DNA from: Actinomycetota bacterium
Lineage (GTDB): Bacteria; Actinomycetota; Thermoleophilia; Solirubrobacterales; 70-9
Reading direction: 5' to 3'
DNA: 64,000 nucleotides
NCBI GenBank assembly: GCA_046728915.1
Contig: JBKPFQ010000060.1
Coordinates: forward strand, 5,311 to 69,310
Positions 44,769 through 51,969 of the stretch are shown here, one piece after another. The position numbers and the translations under genes were made by a program. How positions within the stretch are numbered: position 1 is the first letter of the stretch; the number at the start of each line of letters is the position of its first letter. The notes under the pieces were generated by a model that saw only the letters and a program-made list of their open reading frames with translations, was not told the DNA's origin and searched no databases.

Positions 44769-46106
44769 CTAGCGGCCCAGCAGGGCGCCGACGCGCTTGC
44801 GCAGGCCGCGAACCCGGCGGCGCATGCGGCTCCAGGGCCGACCTCGCTCGGCCTTCAGCCGGTGGCGAAGCTCCTTCTTCCTTCGCGAGCCGCGCGCAAT
44901 GCGCTTGTTCTTCTGCTCGATGCGAGCCCGGGCCCGCTCGAGGTGGCGCCGAGCCTTGTCCCGCTGGCTGGTCGTTTCCTCGAGCTCCCCCTGGAGCGAC
45001 TGGATCCGCTCGCGGTTGCGGTCGCGCTGAACGCCGGTCCAGCGCGACGTGCGCCCCAGGAGCTGCATCGCGTCGAACTCGAGCTGGGCACGCTCGCGCT
45101 CGGCCTCGGCTGGACCCGGCTCCACCCGCAGGGTTCCCGGGCTACCGCCGTCAAGCGGGTCCGGGCAGTCCGGGAGCAGCCGCGCGAAGCGCTCGTCGCG
45201 CACCAGGTAGCCCGCCTCGATCCCCTCGCCGACCTCGTCGTCGTTCACGACGAGGTCGGCGTAGAGCTCCTCGAACCGGCCCTGCTCGTACAGCTCGCGC
45301 AGTCGCTTGAAGCGACCCCAGTCCGGATAGTGACCCTCGAAGATCGCCACCTCCGTGCGCCGCTTGAGCTGCTCAAAGGAGCGCACGGGGAAGTGCAGGA
45401 TCCGCAGCGGCCACATCGGCGCCCACACGAGCTTTGTCTCGTCCTCGAGCTGCTGCTCGTTGGAGGCGCCCCCCTCCCGGACCGAGCGGTGCACGGCACG
45501 GCCGGGCGGACGCAGGGTCGCGGCCACGTCGCCGTCCGGTCCCTCGAGGGCGACGTCGTGGGCGCCGCGGTCGAGGCTGACGACGTTCGGGAATGCTCGG
45601 TGAGCGACCTTGGGCTGCAGGCGGGAGCGCGCCTCGCGGAGAGTGAGGCGCTCGGCGAAGGTGCCCGGGCCGTCGGGCCGGCCCACGAACTCCACGCGCG
45701 GGGCGACGACGACGCCGTAACGGTCGGGGATCGAGCCGAGGGTGTCCTGAAGCGAGCCCTCGACCGGCAGCCAGAACTCGTCGGCGTCCGTGTGGATGAC
45801 CCAGTCCGCGTCGAGGTCCGTCGCCGCGATGCGCGCCATTCGCGTGAGCCATCCGGCGCCACGGATGCGGTAGTCGGTCCCGGGCTCGTCGATGACGGTG
45901 GCCAGGCCGGCGTCGACGTAGCGGCTCAGGATCTCCCGCGTCTCGTCGGTCGACCCGTTGTCGGTGACGACGAAGTGCGCCACGCCGAGCGCGTGGTGGA
46001 AGCGCAGGTTCGCCTCGATCACGTCGCCCTCGTCCCGCACCTTGAGTGCCATGACGAGCCTGGGGTCCGGGTCTGAGGGTCCGGCGTCGGCCAAGGGACG
46101 CGCCAT
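44769..46106 (-). CDS. GT-A-fold glycosyltransferase, paralog B, with long coiled-coil/Arg-Lys tail
   Basis: LVMALKVRDEGDVIEANLRFHHALGVAHFVVTDNGSTDET and HTDADEFWLP. The C-terminal 120 aa are heptad-like and basic (…RIQSLQGELEETTSQRDKARRHLERARARIEQKNKRIARGSRRKKELRHRLKAER…). Alternative start at 46052. Confidence 0.7.
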   Translation of the reverse strand: MARPLADAGPSDPDPRLVMALKVRDEGDVIEANLRFHHALGVAHFVVTDNGSTDETREILSRYVDAGLATVIDEPGTDYRIRGAGWLTRMARIAATDLDADWVIHTDADEFWLPVEGSLQDTLGSIPDRYGVVVAPRVEFVGRPDGPGTFAERLTLREARSRLQPKVAHRAFPNVVSLDRGAHDVALEGPDGDVAATLRPPGRAVHRSVREGGASNEQQLEDETKLVWAPMWPLRILHFPVRSFEQLKRRTEVAIFEGHYPDWGRFKRLRELYEQGRFEELYADLVVNDDEVGEGIEAGYLVRDERFARLLPDCPDPLDGGSPGTLRVEPGPAEAERERAQLEFDAMQLLGRTSRWTGVQRDRNRERIQSLQGELEETTSQRDKARRHLERARARIEQKNKRIARGSRRKKELRHRLKAERGRPWSRMRRRVRGLRKRVGALLGR

Positions 46107-46148
46107 TGTAGGTCAGGGCCTCAGGCCTGAAGTGCTAGGAATCGGGCG

Positions 46149-46979
46149 ATGAAGCTGGTCATGACGCTGCTCGTGCGCGACGAGCAGGACATCATCGCCC
46201 AGCACCTCGACTTCCACCTCGCGCAGGGGGTGGACGAGGTGATCGTCACCGACAACGGGTCGGAGGACGCGACGCTCGAAATCCTGCGGGGGTACGAGTC
46301 GCGGGGAGTGGTCCGGGTCATCCACGAGCCGAGCGACGACTACTCCCAGGGCAAGTGGGTGACGCGGATGGCGCGCATGGCCGCGAGCGAGCACGGCGCC
46401 GACTGGGTCATCAACAGCGACGCCGACGAGTTCTGGTGGCCGCGCTCCGGCACGCTCGCCTCCACGTTCGCGGGGCTTTCCGACGGGGTCGGCGTCGTCG
46501 TGGCCCGGCGCACGAACTTCGTCCCGCAGCCGGAGGACGACCAGCCGTTCTGGGAGCGGATGACGGTCCGCGAGCGCGAGTCGCTCAACCCCGTCGGAAA
46601 GCCGCTGCCGCCCAAGCTCGCCCACCGGGCGCATCCGGAGATCACCGTGGTGCAGGGCAATCACCGCGTGCAGGGCCCGGATCTCGGCGAGCGCCTCGAC
46701 GACGGCACCGTCGAGATCCTCCACTTCCCCATGCGCTCCTACGCGCAGTTCGAGAACAAGATCGTCAAGGGCGGGCAGGCGTACGCTCGAAACCGCGAGC
46801 TGCCGGAGAACGTGGGCCGTACGTGGCGGCGGCTGTACGAGGTCTGGCAGCGCGGCGAGCTTCCGCAGCATTACGCCGAGATCGTGGTCTCCGACCCGGC
46901 AAGCGAGGACCTGGTCAGCGATACGCGGCTGCGGGACTACCTACGTGAGCTGCGCCTGGGCGCGCCCGCGAGCGAGTAG
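46149..46979 (+). CDS. GT-A-fold glycosyltransferase, paralog C (catalytic domain only)
   Basis: MKLVMTLLVRDEQDIIAQHLDFHLAQGVDEVIVTDNGSEDAT and NSDADEFWWP. It lacks the tail. Confidence 0.7.
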   Translation: MKLVMTLLVRDEQDIIAQHLDFHLAQGVDEVIVTDNGSEDATLEILRGYESRGVVRVIHEPSDDYSQGKWVTRMARMAASEHGADWVINSDADEFWWPRSGTLASTFAGLSDGVGVVVARRTNFVPQPEDDQPFWERMTVRERESLNPVGKPLPPKLAHRAHPEITVVQGNHRVQGPDLGERLDDGTVEILHFPMRSYAQFENKIVKGGQAYARNRELPENVGRTWRRLYEVWQRGELPQHYAEIVVSDPASEDLVSDTRLRDYLRELRLGAPASE

Positions 46980-46982
46980 GGG

Positions 46983-48197
46983 CTATTCCGCAGCCTCGTC
47001 CTGCGGGGGTGGCGGAGGCGGCGCGAACTCGTCCTGGCCCTCCCCGCGTCGCGTCACCCGCCGAACGAGCTTGAGCAGCCGCCTGCCGAGCGTCCTGTTC
47101 AGCTTCGCGCGAACCCGGTCGAGCGTCTCGTGCAGCTCGTCGATTCGACTCCTGGTGCGATCGAGCTGGAGCATCGTGAAGCGCTGCGTCCGCGTCATGA
47201 GGCGCATCGCGTCGTACTCCACCTCGGCCCGCTCGCGATCCAGCGCCTCGGCGTCGGGCTCCACGCGCACGGACCCGGCAGGCGCGTCGCTCAACGGATC
47301 GGGGCACTGCGGCAGGAGCTTCGCGAAGCGCTCGTCGCGCACCAGCTCCCCGTCGCGGATGCCCTCCTCGACCTGCGAGTCGTCCCAGACGAGCTCGGCG
47401 TAGAGCTCCTCGAGGCGGTCAGCCTCGTAGTGGCGCCGCAGGCGGCGGAAACGACCCGTGTCCCGCCAGCCGCCGTGCTGGATGAAGATCTCGGTCCGCT
47501 TGCGGAACTGGTCGAACGAGCGCAGCGGGAAGTGGAAGATGCGAAGCGGATGGGTCGGCGCCCAAATCAGCTGGATCTCCGGCCGGTCGCCGTCCTCCTC
47601 AGCCGCGGTTCCGCGCGTCCCGCGGTGGACCATCCGCCCGGGCGGGCGCAGCGCGAGCCACAGATCGCGTGCGGGTCCCGCCGAAGCCACCTCGTGCGTT
47701 TGGCTGATGACGACGGCGTCCGGGTCGGCGCGGTGAGCGACCTTCGGTTGCAGGCTGCCGAGGGGCTCGCGGAAGATCATCCGCTCCGCGAACGAACCGG
47801 GGCCGTCCGGCCGGGCGACGAACTCGGCACGGGGAGCCACCACGGATCCGTATCGCTCCGGGATGTTCTCGAAGGCCTCCTTGAGGGTCCCCTGCACCGG
47901 CCACCACAGCTCGTCGGCGTCGTCGTGGAACACCCAGTCGGCCTCGAACTCCGCGGCCGCGAGCCGGGCCATCCGGGTGGTCCAGTTCTCCTCGTTGTCG
48001 CGGAGCGTGCCGGCCTCGATGCGGATGACGTGGGCCAGGCCCGCCTTCGCGTAGCGGTCGAGGATCTCGGACGTGCCGTCGACCGAACCGTTGTCGGTGA
48101 CGACGAAGAAATCGACCCCCAACGCTCGGTGATAACGCAGGTTGTCCTCGAGGATGTCGGCCTCGTCGCGGACCTTCAGGGTCATCACGAGCCGCAT
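46983..48197 (-). CDS. GT-A-fold glycosyltransferase, paralog D, with coiled-coil tail and poly-Pro end
   Basis: MRLVMTLKVRDEADILEDNLRYHRALGVDFFVVTDNGSVDGT and HDDADELWWP. The tail is ...RSRIDELHETLDRVRAKLNRTLGRRLLKLVRRVTRRGEGQDEFAPPPPPPQDEAAE. Confidence 0.7.
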   Translation of the reverse strand: MRLVMTLKVRDEADILEDNLRYHRALGVDFFVVTDNGSVDGTSEILDRYAKAGLAHVIRIEAGTLRDNEENWTTRMARLAAAEFEADWVFHDDADELWWPVQGTLKEAFENIPERYGSVVAPRAEFVARPDGPGSFAERMIFREPLGSLQPKVAHRADPDAVVISQTHEVASAGPARDLWLALRPPGRMVHRGTRGTAAEEDGDRPEIQLIWAPTHPLRIFHFPLRSFDQFRKRTEIFIQHGGWRDTGRFRRLRRHYEADRLEELYAELVWDDSQVEEGIRDGELVRDERFAKLLPQCPDPLSDAPAGSVRVEPDAEALDRERAEVEYDAMRLMTRTQRFTMLQLDRTRSRIDELHETLDRVRAKLNRTLGRRLLKLVRRVTRRGEGQDEFAPPPPPPQDEAAE

Positions 48198-48246
48198 CGC
48201 GCCCCCTCAACGACCATCGGACTCAGACCTCCCGTGCTGGTCGCCC

Positions 48247-49065
48247 TCAGCCCGTTCCCACCGGCGCGGCGGTCCCCTCGACGGGCTGCCGCGGCGAGCT
48301 CGTGCTCGGCCACAGCGAGAGGTCGAGCTCGGGGCACAGCTCGGCGAGCCGTAGGGAGTCCTCGCGATAGCGCGCGGCGAGCTCCTCGCTAACCACGCCC
48401 GCCAGCCCCGGAGTCTGGCGCCCCGCCTGCTTGTGTTGGTGGAGGCGCTCGGGGAACTCGTCAGGCGGATCGACTTCCAGGAAGCGGCACGTTCGCTTCA
48501 TCTCCGCGACGGGCTCGGTGATACAGCGCTCGAACTGGAGAACGAGGACCTGCTCGCGCGGGAAGAGGTCGAGGACGCGACGGAGCTGCTCGAAGTAGAA
48601 GCCGCGCCAGATCGCGTCGTTCACCTGCGGGAGCAGCACGCGCGTTCCGCGTTCCTCCGCCTTGCGCTCGAGACGCGCGATCGCGGAGCGGTACCGGGAC
48701 ACCGGATCGCGGAGCAGGACCAGCAGGCGCGCGTTGGGGGCGGCCCTTCGAAGCAGCGGGATCGCCCAATGATCGGCCAGGTATCGAGGTGTCCACTCGC
48801 CGACGATGTTCCCGGGGCGGCGCGGGAACAGGGAGGCGTACTCGGCGGCGATGTCGTCGGGCGCGTCGCCCCGCCAGTAGCGGTCGAAGTAGTGGACCTC
48901 CTTGCCGAGCGGCGAGCGCTGGATGCCCGGATTGCGACGCATCGAGTCGTACCACCAGCTCGTCCCGCAGCGCTGGGCTCCGATTCCCACGTAGTCGGGC
49001 GGACCGGTCGTCCAGCCCTCGGGGCATTCCGGGACCTGCAGCGGCGCGTCCCAGGGCAGGTTCAT
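48247..49065 (-). CDS. Sulfotransferase 4 (carbohydrate-type, paralog of sulfotransferase 3)
   Basis: ATG 49065 (MNLPWDAPLQV...). GIGAQRCGTSWWY (5'-PSB) and VLLRDPVSRYRSA (3'-PB). The upstream 305 codons of the listed ORF are antisense shadow of sulfotransferase 5. Confidence 0.75.
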   Translation of the reverse strand: MNLPWDAPLQVPECPEGWTTGPPDYVGIGAQRCGTSWWYDSMRRNPGIQRSPLGKEVHYFDRYWRGDAPDDIAAEYASLFPRRPGNIVGEWTPRYLADHWAIPLLRRAAPNARLLVLLRDPVSRYRSAIARLERKAEERGTRVLLPQVNDAIWRGFYFEQLRRVLDLFPREQVLVLQFERCITEPVAEMKRTCRFLEVDPPDEFPERLHQHKQAGRQTPGLAGVVSEELAARYREDSLRLAELCPELDLSLWPSTSSPRQPVEGTAAPVGTG

Positions 49066-49167
49066 CGGCTTGGCCAAGGCGAGGAAAGGGTAGTGATCGG
49101 GACGCCGTCCGCACGCATGATGCCGCCGCCGGGCGCCGCGGTCTGCCCTGCCAGAATACGGCGCCCC

Positions 49168-50112
49168 ATGGCCCTCGAGTCGATCAAGCGCGCGCTCAAG
49201 GGGCGCCGGCGGGCGACCGATCGCCCTCCCGCGCCCTTCGTCGTCGGCGTTTCCAGATCCGGGACGACCCTGCTGCGGCTGATGCTGGATGCCCATCCGG
49301 ACCTGACGATCCCGGCCGAGACCCACTTCGTCCCGATGGTCGCGAACGTGTGCGACGAGCTCGCCGAGCAGGGTGCCTCCAGCGAGACGATCCGGGAGCG
49401 CGCGCTGGCCACCATGACCGGCCACCCGCGCTGGGGGGACTTCCTCCTCGACCCCGAGGAGGTCCGCGGGCGGATGGAGCAATACGACCCGATCACGACG
49501 AGCGACGCCATCCGCGCGTTCTACGAGGCGTGCGCCGCCCAGCAGGGCAAACCGCGGTGGGGGGACAAGTCGCCGCCGTACACCTACAAGGCGCCGCGCG
49601 TCCAGGCGGCACTGCCCGAGGCCCACTTCATCCACATCATCCGCGACGGTCGCGACGTCGCGTTGTCGCTCGGGGAGGTCAGCTGGGGAACCGACGACAT
49701 CACCGAGGCGGCGAAGAAGTGGGTGACCGAGCTCCGCAAGGCCCGCAGGCGCGCCAGGTCCCTGGCCAAGGGGACCTATATGGAGGTCCACTACGAGGAC
49801 CTGGTGACGGACGCCGAGCCGGTGCTTCGGAGGATCACGGAACACGTCGACCTTCGCTGGGATGACGCGATGCTCGACTATCCGAGGCACGCCCAGGAAC
49901 GGATGCGCGGCGAGATGGAGCGCACCCTGAAGCCGCTGGGCGGCGGCACGATCACCGCCGAGGAGCGGACGCGCCAGCACCAACTCCTCTTCGAGGCGCC
50001 GAGCCCCAGCCGCGCCGGGCGCTGGCGCACCGACATGTCCGCGGAGAACCGCCGGGCGTTCGAGGCCGTCGCGGGGCCGCTGCTGAAGAAGCTGGGCTAC
50101 GAAGTCGAGTAA
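49168..50112 (+). CDS. Sulfotransferase 5 (Sulfotransfer_3 / Stf0-like)
   Basis: ATG 49168 (MALESIKRALKG...). VVGVSRSGTTLLR (5'-PSB) and IHIIRDGRDVALS (3'-PB). Confidence 0.75.
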   Translation: MALESIKRALKGRRRATDRPPAPFVVGVSRSGTTLLRLMLDAHPDLTIPAETHFVPMVANVCDELAEQGASSETIRERALATMTGHPRWGDFLLDPEEVRGRMEQYDPITTSDAIRAFYEACAAQQGKPRWGDKSPPYTYKAPRVQAALPEAHFIHIIRDGRDVALSLGEVSWGTDDITEAAKKWVTELRKARRRARSLAKGTYMEVHYEDLVTDAEPVLRRITEHVDLRWDDAMLDYPRHAQERMRGEMERTLKPLGGGTITAEERTRQHQLLFEAPSPSRAGRWRTDMSAENRRAFEAVAGPLLKKLGYEVE

Positions 50113-50126
50113 GCCCCGCCGCGCCT

Positions 50127-50984
50127 CTAGCCGAGGCTGCGGCCGGTGATCCGCTCGTAGGCCTCGAGGTACTTGGTGCGCGTGTTGGCGACGACGTCAT
50201 CCGGGAGCTCCGGCGCCGGCGGGCTGTGATCCCAGCCGATCTCGTCCAGCCAGTCCCGCAGGTACTGCTTGTCGAACGAGCGCTGCGATCGCCCGGGGTC
50301 GTACTCGTCCGCCGGCCAGAAGCGAGACGAGTCCGGCGTGAAGACCTCATCGCCGAGCACGACCTCGGCCCCCGGTGAGGCGCCGAACTCGAACTTCGTG
50401 TCGGCGAGGATAATGCCGCGCGACTCCGCGTGCGCCGCGGCGTGCGAGTAGAGCTCGATCGAGACCCGGCGCAGCTCATCCATCAGCGGGCGGTCCCCGA
50501 TGATCTGGGCCGCGCGCTCGAAGTCGATGTTCTCGTCGTGGTCGCCGACCTCCGCCTTGGTGGCCGGCGTGAAGATCGGCTCCGGCAGGCGCTCGGACTC
50601 CCGCAGGCCGGCGGGGAGCTCGATCCCGCAGACGGCGCCCGACTGCTGGTACTCCCGCCATCCGGAGCCCGACAGGTAGCCCCGGACGACGCACTCCACG
50701 GGATACATGTTCAGGCGACTCACGCGGATGGCCCGGCCGGCGACCTCCTCCGGCACGTCGTCGGAGAGGAAGTGGTTGGGGCAGATGTCGGCCGTGCTCT
50801 CGAACCAGAACAGCGACATCTGCGTAAGCACCCGCCCCTTGTCGGGTATGAGCGTCGGCATGATCACGTCGTATGCCGAGATGCGGTCTGACGCCACCAT
50901 CAGGAGGTCGCCGTCGACCTCGTACATCTCGCGGACCTTCCCGGTCGAGTGGAGGGTGAGGTCGGCGAGCGTCGCAGTGGTCAC
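50127..50984 (-). CDS. purC: SAICAR synthetase
   Basis: GKVREMYEV, SDRISAYD, and ILADTKFEFG. Confidence 0.93.
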   Translation of the reverse strand: MTTATLADLTLHSTGKVREMYEVDGDLLMVASDRISAYDVIMPTLIPDKGRVLTQMSLFWFESTADICPNHFLSDDVPEEVAGRAIRVSRLNMYPVECVVRGYLSGSGWREYQQSGAVCGIELPAGLRESERLPEPIFTPATKAEVGDHDENIDFERAAQIIGDRPLMDELRRVSIELYSHAAAHAESRGIILADTKFEFGASPGAEVVLGDEVFTPDSSRFWPADEYDPGRSQRSFDKQYLRDWLDEIGWDHSPPAPELPDDVVANTRTKYLEAYERITGRSLG

Positions 50985-51028
50985 CGGCGCGATGCTAACA
51001 ATCGAAACGGCAGCGGAAGGAGGAGGCG

Positions 51029-51622
51029 ATGAGGGAGATCGGACCAGGTATCCATCACTGGAAGGCCCGCCACCCGAAGATCGGGATCGAGGTCAGCTCC
51101 TACTACCTCGAGCCGCCCGCGACGCTCACCGACCCCCTCGAGCCGGCCGAGGGCATCGAGTGGTTCGAGTCGCGCACCAAGCCGGAGCGGGTCGTCCTGA
51201 CGAACCGTCACCACTACCGCCACAGCGACCGGTTCGCCGATGCGTTCGGCTGCCGCGTGCTCTGCAACGAGCACGGCCTCCATGAGTTCGAGGACGGACC
51301 CGAGGTGGAGGGCTTCGCGTTCGGCGACGTCCTCGCGGACGGGATCACCGCCGTCGAGGTGGGCGTGCTGTGCCCGGAGGAGACCGCGCTTCACATCGAG
51401 CTCGGCGACGGGTTCGTCGCCCTGGCCGACTCGCTCACCAACTACGAGGAGCTCGGCTTCGTCTCCGACCGCCTGCTGGGCGATGAGGCGGAGGCGGTGA
51501 AGAGCGGGCTGCTCGAGTCGTTCCGCCGGCTCCTCGACCTCGACTTCGATGGCCTGCTGCTGGCGCACGGCGAGCCGATCGTCCCGGGCGGGAAGGAGGC
51601 CCTGCGCGAGTTCGTGGGCTAG
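51029..51622 (+). CDS. Hypothetical protein, possibly degenerate metallo-beta-lactamase fold
   Basis: GGAAGGAGGAGG SD. VVLTNRHHYRHSD only loosely resembles HxHxDH. The family call is weak. Confidence 0.45.
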   Translation: MREIGPGIHHWKARHPKIGIEVSSYYLEPPATLTDPLEPAEGIEWFESRTKPERVVLTNRHHYRHSDRFADAFGCRVLCNEHGLHEFEDGPEVEGFAFGDVLADGITAVEVGVLCPEETALHIELGDGFVALADSLTNYEELGFVSDRLLGDEAEAVKSGLLESFRRLLDLDFDGLLLAHGEPIVPGGKEALREFVG

Positions 51623-51639
51623 TGCGTCCGGCGGGGACG

Positions 51640-51656
51640 ATACCCCCATCGGGTAT
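51640..51656. promoter_or_regulatory. Candidate CsoR operator overlapping a -10 element
   Basis: ATACCC-CCATC-GGGTAT inverted repeat. TATACT (51656-51661) lies 7 nt before the csoR GTG, which implies a leaderless, auto-repressed transcript. Confidence 0.55.
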
Positions 51657-51668
51657 ATACTCCACGGC

Positions 51669-51968
51669 GTGAGCAAGAACGGGGCCCCGGGCTACATCGG
51701 GGACAGGGCATCGCTCGAGCGGCGGCTCGCGCGGATCGAGGGGCAGGTGCGCGGCCTGCGGCGGATGGTCGACGAGGAGGCGTACTGCATCGACGTCCTC
51801 ACTCAGATCTCCGCGGTCGAGCGGGCACTTGACGGCGTGGCGCTGAAGCTGCTGTCGGATCACACCAACCACTGCGTTCGCGAGGCCGTCGCCGCCGGCG
51901 GGTCGGAGGCCGACGAGAAGATCGACGAGCTGATGGCCGCCGTCGAGCGCTTCGCCCGGACGCGCTGA
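51669..51968 (+). CDS. csoR: CsoR/RcnR-family metal-sensing repressor (x-C-H-C fingerprint)
   Basis: LERRLARIEGQVRGLRRMVDEEAYCIDVLTQISAV...LLSDHTNHCV has Cys, His and Cys at the Cu(I)-CsoR ligand positions. GTG 51669. Confidence 0.8.
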   Translation: MSKNGAPGYIGDRASLERRLARIEGQVRGLRRMVDEEAYCIDVLTQISAVERALDGVALKLLSDHTNHCVREAVAAGGSEADEKIDELMAAVERFARTR

Positions 51969-51969
51969 G

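Noticed and set aside
48433-49983. Long N-terminal extensions of the two divergent sulfotransferase ORFs (578 aa and 559 aa as listed).
   Set aside because: Each extension is the antisense of the partner gene. The sulfotransferase motifs and normal composition start only at ATG 49065 (minus strand) and ATG 49168 (plus strand).
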